Part shown: piece after piece, positions 40,649-49,634 of the stretch
Layout: every line of letters starts with the position of its first letter
Position numbering within the stretch: the first letter of the stretch is position 1
Notes under the pieces: generated by a model
Seen by the model: the letters and a program-made list of their open reading frames with translations, nothing else
The model's database searches: none
What the model was told of the DNA's origin: nothing
Translations under genes and position numbers: made by a program
NCBI GenBank assembly: GCA_012719955.1
Contig: JAAXZI010000049.1
Span: 12,309-76,308 of the forward strand
Reading direction: 5' to 3'
Origin: Phycisphaerae bacterium
GTDB taxonomy: Bacteria > Planctomycetota > Phycisphaerae > UBA1845 > PWPN01
DNA length: 64,000 nt

Positions 40649-41617
40649 ATGCCAGCTCTTGCAGCTCTTTATGAGCCTATTGCCGCCGACCTGGAGAAGG
40701 TCTGCCGTATTTTTGATGACGAGCTTTTTTCGGAGCTCCCCGTCGTCAACGAGCTGTGCGACCGGGTGCGGCGGTACCGAGGCAAGATGCTCCGGCCAGC
40801 GCTGCTGCTGCTGTCGGCGAGGGCCTGCGGGAAGCGAACCGAGGAACACCTCACGCTCGCGGCGGTGGTCGAGATGGTGCACATGGCCACACTGGTGCAC
40901 GACGACGTGCTCGACGACGCGGAGGTCCGCCGCAAGAGCCCGACCATCAAATGTCTGGAAGGCAACGAGGCCGCCGTTCTGCTGGGCGACTATCTAATCA
41001 GTCACGCCTTCCACCTGTGCAGTTCTCTGGATTCGCAGTATGCCGCCCGATTGATCGGGGCAACCACCAACACGATCTGCGAGGGAGAGCTCAACCAGGT
41101 CTGCCACCGCGGCGATGACGACCTCACGCCCGAGCAGTATCTCGCCATCATTACGCGTAAGACCGCAGTTCTCACCGCCGCCTGCTGTCGGCTGGGGGCC
41201 TATTTTGCGGACGCGGACGAAAAAACGGTGGACGCCCTGGAACGCTACGGCCTCTCCGTGGGCATCGCTTTCCAGATTACCGACGATATCCTCGACATCG
41301 TGGGCACCGAGGAGCGCATGGGCAAGACCCTCGGACGCGACCTCGAAAAGCACAAGCTGACCCTGCCGGTCATCCACTGCCTGCGAGAGGCTACCCCCGA
41401 GATCAACCAGAAGCTGCGCGCCCACCTGAGATCTCCCCACCCCAAGCGCGAGCTGCTGGCCGGTTACCTGCGCTCCACCGACAGCATCGGCTATTCACTG
41501 AATGCCGCGCGCAGTCACGTGGAATCGGCGATCCAGGCGCTCCAGCACCTCCCGCCCTCCGAGGCCCGTTACAGCCTGCAACACATGGCCAAGATGATCC
41601 TCGAACGCGAGCAATAG
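40649..41617 (+). CDS. trans-polyprenyl diphosphate synthase (IspB-like)
   Basis: The two aspartate-rich motifs are LVHDDVLDDA and FQITDDILD. Confidence 0.88.
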   Translation: MPALAALYEPIAADLEKVCRIFDDELFSELPVVNELCDRVRRYRGKMLRPALLLLSARACGKRTEEHLTLAAVVEMVHMATLVHDDVLDDAEVRRKSPTIKCLEGNEAAVLLGDYLISHAFHLCSSLDSQYAARLIGATTNTICEGELNQVCHRGDDDLTPEQYLAIITRKTAVLTAACCRLGAYFADADEKTVDALERYGLSVGIAFQITDDILDIVGTEERMGKTLGRDLEKHKLTLPVIHCLREATPEINQKLRAHLRSPHPKRELLAGYLRSTDSIGYSLNAARSHVESAIQALQHLPPSEARYSLQHMAKMILEREQ

Positions 41618-41962
41618 GCCGAACGTGACGAAGAAGGAATAGCCGGGGGCTCCGCGCGCCGTACCCGGCCATTTTGCTGCGGGAACCTGAAAAAGGGTTT
41701 GCGGAACAGGCACGATCAGTTGCAGAGCCGGCTCGCATTATGCAGAGTTTGCGAGGCCCATCATGAACCCTATCTCCTTATGGCGTAGTCGCTTAGAACC
41801 CCGGCTCTTCAATAAGCAAATCTTCACTCAAGATCCGGTTGATATCAGATCTGCTTTTGATAAAATGATCTCTGTACTCGGCAGTGAACCCTCGCATTCG
41901 ACTCTCGAAGTCGCCCCGGACATTGCCGGATACGGCGCCTGTATCTGGATTCTTATTATGGA

Positions 41963-44152
41963 GTGGCCACTTTGAACAACGCTCGTCGTGAAGCGGTTGC
42001 GGCTGTCCTGAACTACCGACCCATCGAACCCCCCTGGAACTTCCGAGACACCCCATCCGGCCAGCTCTTCGGCGCGAATGTGTTTAACGACGCGGTGATG
42101 AAGGAGCGCCTGCCGAAGGATATCTACAAGGCACTCCAGAATACCATCCGTCGAGGCGAACGGCTGGATCCCTCGGTGGCCGACGCCGTCGCCGCCGCCA
42201 TGAAACAATGGGCCATCGAAAAGGGCGCAACTCATTACGCCCACGTATTTTACCCGCTGACCGGCCTGACCGCGGAGAAACATGACAGCTTTCTCTCGCC
42301 GGACGGCAATGGCGGCATGATCGCCGAGTTCACCGGCAAGCAGTTGATCCAGGGCGAGCCCGATGCGTCCAGCTTCCCCTCCGGGGGGCTCCGGGCCACC
42401 TTCGAGGCCCGCGGTTACACCGCCTGGGACGTGACCAGTCCGGCATACATCGTCGAGAACCCCAACGGCACGGTCCTGGCTATTCCCACCGCGTTCTGTT
42501 CATGGACCGGCGAAGCCCTGGACAAGAAGACCCCCCTGCTGCGTTCGATGCAGGCGCTCAACAAGCAGGCCCAGCGGCTGCTGAAGATCTTCGGCAACAC
42601 CGACCCGGGCCTGGTCTTCGCCACGGCCGGCCCGGAACAGGAATACTTCCTGATCGACCGTAACTTCTTCTTCGGCCGTCCCGACCTGGCCATCTGCGGC
42701 CGGACCCTGTTTGGCGCCAAGCCTCCCAAGGGCCAGGAATTCGAGGACCAGTACTTCGGGGCGATCCCCGAGCGCGTGCTGGCCTGCATGCTGGAGGTCG
42801 AGCGAGAGTTGTACAAGCTGGGCGTGCCCGTCAAGACCCGTCATAACGAGGTCGCCCCCGCTCAGTACGAAATTGCCCCCGTATACGAGAACGCCAACGT
42901 GGCCGCCGATCATCAGCAGATGATCATGTCCACGCTCCAGCGGGTGGCCCAGAAATACGGCTTGGCCTGCCTGTTGCACGAGAAGCCGTTCGCGGGCATC
43001 AACGGCTCCGGCAAGCACGTGAACTGGTCGCTCGGCACCGAGAAGGTCAACCTGCTCGAACCGGGCAACAACCCGCACGAGGACATGCAGTTCCTGGTGT
43101 TCTGTGCGGCGGTCATCCGGGCCGTGCACAAGTGGGGCAAGCTGCTGAGAATCGCCGTCGCCCACACGCACAACGACCATCGCCTGGGGGCTAACGAGGC
43201 TCCGCCGGCCATTATTTCCGTGTATCTGGGCAATCAGCTCACTGAGATCTTCGAGCAGATCGAAAATGGCGGCCTCAAGAGCGCCAGGGAGCCCGGCACG
43301 CTGACGGTGGGCGTGGACACGCTACCGCCGCTGCCGCGCGATGCCGGCGACCGCAACCGCACCAGCCCCTTCGCCTTTACGGGCAACAAGTTTGAGTTCC
43401 GCGCGGTCGGCTCCAGCCAGTCCATCTCCGGACCGCTGGTGGTGCTCAACACCATCATGGCCGAGAGCCTGGACTACATGGCCACCGAACTCGAAAAGGC
43501 CACCGGCGGCAAGACCGACCCGGCCATACTCAATCCGGCGGTCCAGAAACTGCTCCAGAAAGTCATCAAAGAGCACAAGGCCATCATCTTCAACGGCGAC
43601 AACTATTCCAAGGAATGGTACGCAGAGGCCGAACGCCGCGGACTGCCCAACTACCCCAATACGGTGGACGCCCTCGTGCACCTGCTGGACAAGGATGTCG
43701 TCGAGCTGTTCTCCAAGTACCAGGTCCTCTCCGAACGTGAGGTGCACAGCCGGTACGAAATCTACATGGAGCGGTACGTCAAGGACATCAACACCGAGAG
43801 CCTGGTCGCCCTGAGCATGGCCAAGCAGTTGATCCTGCCCGCCGGCTATCGCTACCAGGGTGAGCTGGCCGCCGTGGCCGCCTCGATGAAACAGGCCGGC
43901 CTCAAGGTGCATACCGAGTCCCTCGACCGCGTTACCACGCTGGTCAACGAGCTCGAAAAGCGGATCGCCGACTTGGAGAGGGCCATCAATCACCCGGAAA
44001 ACGGCGATGTGCTTCTCCACGCCAAGCACCACCGCGACGTGATCATCCCGGCCATGAACGAGGTCCGTAAAGTGGCCGATGAACTGGAGACGGTGATCGC
44101 CGACGACCTGTGGCCGTTGCCGACGTACCAGGAGATTCTGTTCATCAAGTAG
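41963..44152 (+). CDS. glnN: glutamine synthetase type III
   Basis: It is 729 aa long. The N-terminus has [23 protein letters not shown], and [12 protein letters not shown] and [10 protein letters not shown] are present, as expected for GSIII. Confidence 0.9.
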   Translation: MATLNNARREAVAAVLNYRPIEPPWNFRDTPSGQLFGANVFNDAVMKERLPKDIYKALQNTIRRGERLDPSVADAVAAAMKQWAIEKGATHYAHVFYPLTGLTAEKHDSFLSPDGNGGMIAEFTGKQLIQGEPDASSFPSGGLRATFEARGYTAWDVTSPAYIVENPNGTVLAIPTAFCSWTGEALDKKTPLLRSMQALNKQAQRLLKIFGNTDPGLVFATAGPEQEYFLIDRNFFFGRPDLAICGRTLFGAKPPKGQEFEDQYFGAIPERVLACMLEVERELYKLGVPVKTRHNEVAPAQYEIAPVYENANVAADHQQMIMSTLQRVAQKYGLACLLHEKPFAGINGSGKHVNWSLGTEKVNLLEPGNNPHEDMQFLVFCAAVIRAVHKWGKLLRIAVAHTHNDHRLGANEAPPAIISVYLGNQLTEIFEQIENGGLKSAREPGTLTVGVDTLPPLPRDAGDRNRTSPFAFTGNKFEFRAVGSSQSISGPLVVLNTIMAESLDYMATELEKATGGKTDPAILNPAVQKLLQKVIKEHKAIIFNGDNYSKEWYAEAERRGLPNYPNTVDALVHLLDKDVVELFSKYQVLSEREVHSRYEIYMERYVKDINTESLVALSMAKQLILPAGYRYQGELAAVAASMKQAGLKVHTESLDRVTTLVNELEKRIADLERAINHPENGDVLLHAKHHRDVIIPAMNEVRKVADELETVIADDLWPLPTYQEILFIK

Positions 44153-44176
44153 GCCGGACCGCTGCCGGCTAAGGAT

Positions 44177-44215
44177 ACAAGCCCCGGAGAGCCCATGCTC
44201 CCCGGGGCTTGTTTT
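44177..44215 (+). terminator. intrinsic terminator after glnN
   Basis: acaagccccgg / 14-nt loop / ccggggcttgt is a perfect 11-bp stem, followed by ttt. Confidence 0.7.
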
Positions 44216-44252
44216 GCGCCTATGCGGGAAATGGAAACGGCACGCGCGCGAT

Positions 44253-45350
44253 TCAGCGTGCGATTTCTTTACTCTCACTCACCCGATCAAAATACATCGC
44301 CGCATCCCAGGCCGGCCCCAGATCGCCGAATGTCTTCTGCGCCACGATGGCGGCACGGTTGCCCAGATCAAGCCCCATTTTAACGCGCGTGGACAGGTCG
44401 ACGCCGTCTTTCAGGCTGCCGTCACGCTGAATCCCCAGATAGCCGGCCACCAGGCCCGCGCTGCAGGCATCCCCCGCGCCCGGGCGATCGAGAACCACAT
44501 AATCAAACACGTCGCCGACAATATAGCTACCATCCGGCAATAACGCCGCCGACGTCCAGACACCGGTCTCATTCGTGATGCGCTTGCGAATGGTCAGCAC
44601 ATATAACTCGCATTTATCGCTGTATAGTTTCTTTAAAGCCTCCAGGACCTTTCGACTCCGCTCTATCAAGATCTCGATAGGCGATTCGTCGTCTACCCCG
44701 CAATCAATACCAAATACCGTACGGGCATCCGTCTCGGTGGTAATCAGACAGGTGATGCATCCGTCGCGCAGGAAGGAGTCCAGCCGGGCCCTCGCTTCGG
44801 CTGCCGACCAGAGTTTCTTCCGGTAGTTCACGTCGAAAAACACCGGAACGCGCAATTCTTGCGCCTTACGGAGTGCGTATTCGGTATTCTTGGCACAGTT
44901 GGCGCTCAAAGCCGGCGTGATACCGCTGATGAAAAGCGCCGAGGCTTTCGAAAGGCCCGTAAAAAGGCTCTCATCAGGCTCCAGCAGCGCGATGGCGGAA
45001 CCGGCACGATCGTAATCCACGCGGGCCACGATGGGGCCCATGCCCTGTTCCAGGTAGTAGAGGCCATTGCGCCCGTTCCGGGTCCAGCGCACACCTCTAA
45101 GCCCCACTCGATGCTTCTGAAGCTCGGAGACGATGGCCCGTCCCGCCAGGTCATCATTGATAGCTGTAACTAATTCTCCTTGAAACAAGCGAGAGAAACT
45201 GCCTAGTTTCGCAAGAACATTAGCTTCCGAACCCCCCGCAGTTAACTGAATGGTGTTAGATTCGCCAAACGTCTGCTGGCCGACCGGGGACAGCCGGATC
45301 ATAACTTCGCCAAAACCATATATCACGCGTGGGCGCATCGTTTCTGCCAC
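44253..45350 (-). CDS. PfkB-family sugar kinase
   Basis: GGSEANVL is near the N-terminus and DRPGAGDACSAGLVAGYL (the PfkB signature 2 region) near the C-terminus. The GTG start follows ggagag. Confidence 0.8.
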   Translation of the reverse strand: MAETMRPRVIYGFGEVMIRLSPVGQQTFGESNTIQLTAGGSEANVLAKLGSFSRLFQGELVTAINDDLAGRAIVSELQKHRVGLRGVRWTRNGRNGLYYLEQGMGPIVARVDYDRAGSAIALLEPDESLFTGLSKASALFISGITPALSANCAKNTEYALRKAQELRVPVFFDVNYRKKLWSAAEARARLDSFLRDGCITCLITTETDARTVFGIDCGVDDESPIEILIERSRKVLEALKKLYSDKCELYVLTIRKRITNETGVWTSAALLPDGSYIVGDVFDYVVLDRPGAGDACSAGLVAGYLGIQRDGSLKDGVDLSTRVKMGLDLGNRAAIVAQKTFGDLGPAWDAAMYFDRVSESKEIAR

Positions 45351-45370
45351 GTTACTCTCCTGGAATGGTC

Positions 45371-45399
45371 TTGAATTATGAGATCGGATTAATTACTAT
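45371..45399 (+). promoter_or_regulatory. sigma70-like promoter candidate with no plus-strand gene downstream
   Basis: ttgaat (45371-45376), a 17-nt spacer, then tactat (45394-45399), all in an AT-rich patch. Confidence 0.35.
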
Positions 45400-45405
45400 A
45401 TATTT

Positions 45406-45505
45406 GCTCATTCGTTACACTTCCGCTCCTTCCCCCCAACTCCGCGACTTGCGGAAGTGAGGACGACATGGCGGCCTCGGCCCACCTCGCCGAGGCCATT
45501 TTTTT
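45406..45505 (+). ncRNA. candidate small RNA (two hairpins, the second a canonical terminator)
   Basis: Hairpin 1 is cacttccgc (45418-45426) / 24-nt C-rich loop / gcggaagtg (45451-45459). Hairpin 2 is ggcctcggc (45473-45481) / ccacctc / gccgaggcc (45489-45497), then a and ttttttt. The 5' end is only inferred from the promoter candidate. Confidence 0.4.
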
Positions 45506-45670
45506 GCGCTCAGGCCGGTCTGCAGGCTTCCTCACATTGGGGCGGGACGAGAATCACTTCTCGTCCCGCGGAGTACCCGTTGATTACCTCACTTGAGCTT
45601 ATCCGCTTTCGACCGGCCGTTCATCCTGCCGCTGCAAATTTGAAGCGGCCTTCCGAGCCGTCGCACGACC

Positions 45671-47152
45671 TTACGCACGAAGCTCCTGGAACCGGGCGTA
45701 GGCTTTGTCCCAGGGCGCCGGGTCGCCGGGACGATACACCGTTACCTCGAAAGAGCGACGAATCAGATCGCGTGCGGCGTGGATGTCCGGCAGGACGCCC
45801 GTGGCCATGGCCTGCACCACCACGTTTCCGGCGGCGGTCGCCTCCACCGGCCCGGTAACCACCGTCCGCCCCGTTGCGTCCGCCGCCCACTGGGACAGGT
45901 GACGGTTTTGCGACCCGCCGCCTACGATGTGGATGACTTCGGCGCGCCGGCCGGTGCATTCCTCGATGCGCTCCAGCGTCCAGCGATACACCAGGGCGAG
46001 GCTCTCCAGGCAGGCCCGCACCATCTCACCCGGTTCGGCCAGGGTTGGCTGTCCGGTCTTCTTGCAGTACGCCTGGATGCGCGCCGGCATGTCGCCCGGG
46101 GCGAGGAAGGACGAGTCGTCGGGGTCGATGATCGCGACAAAGGGTTTGGCCGCCGCGGCCATGTCCGCCAGTTCGGCGTAGCTGTACGCCTTGCCGGCCC
46201 GTTCCCAGGTGCGCCGGCATTCCTGCACCAGCCAGAGGCCCATGATGTTCTTGAGGAACCGGAAGGTGCCGCCGACGCCGCCCTCGTTGGTGTAGTTGTA
46301 CTTGAGCGACTGCTCGTTGATGATCGGCTTATCCACTTCCATGCCCATCAGCGACCAGGTGCCGGAGCTCAGGAACACCCACGGCTTGTCCGGCGAGGCG
46401 GGGATAGCCGCCACGGCCGAACCGGTGTCGTGGGTGGCCGGCGCGATTACCGGCACGTCGCCACAGCGGATCTCGTCGCGGACGTCGGCCCGCATGGGTC
46501 CGAGCACGGTGCCGGCCGGCACGATCTCGCCGAAGATCTTCGTGGGGATGCCCAGTTTGGAGATCAGGTCGGTGGCCCACTTGCCGGCCCGCGGGTCGTA
46601 GGCCTGGGTGGTGGTGGCGTTGCTGAACTCGTTGCACTTGCGGCCGGTGAACCAGAAGTTGAACAGGTCGGGCATCATCAGGAACGACTCGGCGATATCC
46701 AGCAGCGGGGAGCCGCCCAGGCGCATGGCCAGGAGCTGGAAGATCGAGTTGAACTGCATGAACTGGATGCCGGTGTGGTTGAAGATTTCCTCGCGGGGGA
46801 CGATGCCGAAGGCCTTGTCGAGAATGCCGTCGGTGCGGGCGTCACGGTAGTGGAACGGATTGCCCAGCAGGGTGTCGCCCTTGCCGAGCAGGCCGAAGTC
46901 CACCCCCCAGGTGTCGATGCCGACGCCCTTAAGCCCGCCGGCCTGCTGGGCGGCCTTGCCGACGCCGGTCTTCATCTCCGACCAGAGCCGGAGGGTATCC
47001 CAGTGCAGTTCGTCGATGGTCCGCACGGGGCCATTGGGGAAGCGATGCAGCTCGGTCAGTTCGAGCTTGGAGTCGCTGACCGAACCAAGAACCACCCGGC
47101 CGCTCTCAGCGCCGAGGTCAATGGCTGCATAATGGGCTGGTTTATTCGGCAT
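45671..47152 (-). CDS. rhaB: rhamnulokinase (FGGY carbohydrate kinase)
   Basis: AAIDLGAESGRVVLGS...ELHRFPNGPV...HWD matches the RhaB N-terminal pattern, and the protein has FGGY length. ggagg precedes the ATG. Confidence 0.75.
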   Translation of the reverse strand: MPNKPAHYAAIDLGAESGRVVLGSVSDSKLELTELHRFPNGPVRTIDELHWDTLRLWSEMKTGVGKAAQQAGGLKGVGIDTWGVDFGLLGKGDTLLGNPFHYRDARTDGILDKAFGIVPREEIFNHTGIQFMQFNSIFQLLAMRLGGSPLLDIAESFLMMPDLFNFWFTGRKCNEFSNATTTQAYDPRAGKWATDLISKLGIPTKIFGEIVPAGTVLGPMRADVRDEIRCGDVPVIAPATHDTGSAVAAIPASPDKPWVFLSSGTWSLMGMEVDKPIINEQSLKYNYTNEGGVGGTFRFLKNIMGLWLVQECRRTWERAGKAYSYAELADMAAAAKPFVAIIDPDDSSFLAPGDMPARIQAYCKKTGQPTLAEPGEMVRACLESLALVYRWTLERIEECTGRRAEVIHIVGGGSQNRHLSQWAADATGRTVVTGPVEATAAGNVVVQAMATGVLPDIHAARDLIRRSFEVTVYRPGDPAPWDKAYARFQELRA

Positions 47153-47181
47153 TCCTGTTCCTCCGTCAAAAAATTGACTCT

Positions 47182-47209
47182 AACCGCCAAGACGCCAAGG
47201 ACGCCAAGG
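47182..47209. repeat. 28-bp inverted repeat, left arm
   Basis: aaccgccaagacgccaaggacgccaagg. It is itself built of three cgccaagg-like units. Confidence 0.9.
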
Positions 47210-47217
47210 TGAATGGA

Positions 47218-47631
47218 TTAAGATAATACCACTCGCTTGACACCATCTTTCAAGACCGGGACATTGAAATTAATGAGCAGGCCAAGCTCACGGCCCGTGG
47301 CTTTGAGATAGGAGATGACCTGGGCCTTGTGAACCGGCAGCAATTCCTCGACAGCCTTCAGTTCAACGATCAACTGATTGGCGACCAGCAGATCCAGCCG
47401 GCTCTCGCCAACACATTTTCCCTTATACTCAACGCCAAATACGACTTGACGACTGAGAGGGATGCCCCCGAGCTCCAATTCAACGCACAAGGCGTCCTCA
47501 TAAACACATTCCAGGTAGCCGGGCCCCAAGATTCGGTGCACCTCGATGGCGGCGCCAATGACCTCGCGGGCCAGCGCATCCACTTCCGGACTGGGCTCTT
47601 TTCTGATGCGATCTGAGTTCGAATCCTGCAT
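47218..47631 (-). CDS. GxxExxY protein (PD-(D/E)XK nuclease-like superfamily)
   Basis: GPGYLECVYEDAL carries the GxxExxY motif, and DLLVANQLIVELKAV is present. The ATG at 47631 follows aagagggaag. The alternative ATG at 47673 lies inside the right repeat arm. Confidence 0.8.
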   Translation of the reverse strand: MQDSNSDRIRKEPSPEVDALAREVIGAAIEVHRILGPGYLECVYEDALCVELELGGIPLSRQVVFGVEYKGKCVGESRLDLLVANQLIVELKAVEELLPVHKAQVISYLKATGRELGLLINFNVPVLKDGVKRVVLS

Positions 47632-47655
47632 TTTTCTTCCCTCTTCTTTCAAGAG

Positions 47656-47683
47656 CCTTGGCGTCCTTGGCATCTTGGCGGTT
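47656..47683. repeat. 28-bp inverted repeat, right arm
   Basis: ccttggcgtccttggcatcttggcggtt. Its reverse complement matches the left arm at 27 of 28 positions. Confidence 0.9.
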
Positions 47684-47690
47684 CAATTCG

Positions 47691-49409
47691 TCAGTGTTTG
47701 AAGTGCCTTGTGCCGGTGAGGATCATGGCCACGTTGGCGGCGTCGGCGACGGCGATGGTCTCGGCGTCGCGGTTGCTGCCGCCGGGGTGGATGATGGCCG
47801 TGATGCCGGCGCCGATGAGCTTCTGCGGGCCGTCGGGGACGGGGAAGAAGGCGTCCCCCGCGGCGACCGCGCCCTGGAGCTTGTCGGCGTGGCCGTTCTC
47901 GCGGGCAAGTTGAATCGCCAGGTCGCAGCTCTTCACGCGCGACATCTGGCCGGCGCCGTTGCCCAAGAGCATGCCGTCGCGACAGAGGGTGATCGCGTTG
48001 CTTTTGGTGTGCTTGCAGACCAGCCAGGCGAACCGCAAATCCGCCATTTCAGATTCCGTAGGCTGACGCTTGGTGACGACTTTCCACTGCTCTTCGTTGA
48101 GGCCAAGGAGGTCGCGGGTCTGGACGAGCATGCCGCCGGTGATTTTCTTGTAGTCCAGCTCGCTGGGGTGCGGCGGAGTGTCCATCGGGCCGACGGCCAG
48201 CAGCCGGCACTCCTTGCCCCACTTGCGTTTTTCGGTGGGCGTGGTGATCAGTTCGATGGCGTCATCGTCGAAGCTGGGCGCAATCCACACGTCGAGCTTG
48301 AAAAACGCCGCCCCGGCCGCCCTGCCCCAGTTCGCAAATGAGTGCATCACCGTGTCGGCGATCTCGCGGGTAACGGGGAAATTCATGCAGAGGACGCCAC
48401 CAGCCGCCGCGATCGGATCGCCCAGGTAGGCCCGGCGGTAGGTGTCGATGGGGTCATCACCGATCGCGCAGCCGCAGGCGTTGGTGTGTTTGATAAACGC
48501 GACGGCATATTGACCCAGCCCGGCACGGGCCAGCTCCTTCACCAGGGACAGGGCCGAATCGCCATCTACGTAATTATTGAACGACAACTCGGAGTTGGCG
48601 TGACAGGTTGCCCGCATCAGGCTTGCTTCCGCCTGGCCTCGGGGATTCTCGGATAAGCCAAAAATGGCCGCCGTCAGATGAGGATTCTCGCCGTACCTCA
48701 ACGCAGAGCGTTTGGTGAGCACAAGCGGCAGGCAAGCCGAATCCAGCCCGTTGCCGCCGGTGCCCAATCCCTGCTTCGATGTTCCGGGGGCATTCTTTTC
48801 AGCAGCCAGCCTGAACTGGTCGGACAAGTACGCACTGATTGAGCTGTCGTAGCCGACGGTGCGTACGAAGACTCGCGATGCCAACAGCACTCGGGTGTGC
48901 GGCTTGACATCCCCTGTCTCGCGCAGCTCGTTCAGAACGATTGGACCCAACGAAGACTCGGGAATAACCACAACATGCTTATGATTCTTCGCCGCCGCGC
49001 GGAGCATGCACGGGCCGCCGATGTCGATCATTTCGATGGCTTGTTCGAAGGTGCAATTCGGGTCGGCGACCGTCTTCTCGAACGGGTAGAGGTTCACCAC
49101 CACCATGTCGATGGGCTTGATGCCGTGCTGTTCGAGCTGGCGCATGTGCCCGGGGTTGTCGCGGTCGGCGAGGATGGCCGCGTGAATCTTGGGGTGCAGG
49201 GTCTTGACCCGGCCATCGAGCATCTCCGGGAAGCCGGTGACCTCTTCGACCATGGTGACGGGGACGCCGGCCTCCTTGAGGTGTTTGGCCGTGCCGCCGG
49301 TGCTGATGATCTCGATGCCGAACTCGTCCACCAGCGCCCGGGCGAAATCGGCAATGCCGGTCTTGTCGTAAACAGCAATTAACGCGCGTTTGATCTTGAT
49401 GTCGCTCAT
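47691..49409 (-). CDS. purH: bifunctional AICAR transformylase / IMP cyclohydrolase
   Basis: The ATG at 49409 gives MSDIKIKRALIAVYDKTGIADFARAL...STGGTAKHLKEAGVPV...GFPEMLDGRVKTLHPKIHA. The C-terminus has GGSNRD. Confidence 0.92.
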   Translation of the reverse strand: MSDIKIKRALIAVYDKTGIADFARALVDEFGIEIISTGGTAKHLKEAGVPVTMVEEVTGFPEMLDGRVKTLHPKIHAAILADRDNPGHMRQLEQHGIKPIDMVVVNLYPFEKTVADPNCTFEQAIEMIDIGGPCMLRAAAKNHKHVVVIPESSLGPIVLNELRETGDVKPHTRVLLASRVFVRTVGYDSSISAYLSDQFRLAAEKNAPGTSKQGLGTGGNGLDSACLPLVLTKRSALRYGENPHLTAAIFGLSENPRGQAEASLMRATCHANSELSFNNYVDGDSALSLVKELARAGLGQYAVAFIKHTNACGCAIGDDPIDTYRRAYLGDPIAAAGGVLCMNFPVTREIADTVMHSFANWGRAAGAAFFKLDVWIAPSFDDDAIELITTPTEKRKWGKECRLLAVGPMDTPPHPSELDYKKITGGMLVQTRDLLGLNEEQWKVVTKRQPTESEMADLRFAWLVCKHTKSNAITLCRDGMLLGNGAGQMSRVKSCDLAIQLARENGHADKLQGAVAAGDAFFPVPDGPQKLIGAGITAIIHPGGSNRDAETIAVADAANVAMILTGTRHFKH

Positions 49410-49586
49410 GGGGCGTATCATAGCCACTGGACGGCAAGAGGAAAATGCGGGCGCCGGGACCGGTGTGCTGAACCGAGGCGAATCCGTGTATGCCAAGCTC
49501 TGTGAGCAGTACTGAATGCGGGCGACGTTACGACCGCAAGCCAGTGCTGACACAGCAGTGGCACAGAGGCCGTTTCCCGGCGTCGA

Positions 49587-49613
49587 ACGGCCGGTACGGA
49601 GCCCGGCCGCTAC
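49587..49613. repeat. family-A repeat
   Basis: acggccggtacggagcccggccgctac. Confidence 0.85.
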
Positions 49614-49634
49614 ATCTTGAACAGTTCTTGCCCC

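Noticed and set aside
41618-41962. glnA-type glutamine riboswitch upstream of glnN
   Set aside because: I could not find the conserved core sequences of that motif by eye. The region is kept only as an unexplained long leader.
45779-47212. 477-aa plus-strand ORF
   Set aside because: It is antisense to rhamnulokinase, has low-complexity Gly/Arg/Val composition, and its end runs into the inverted-repeat arm.
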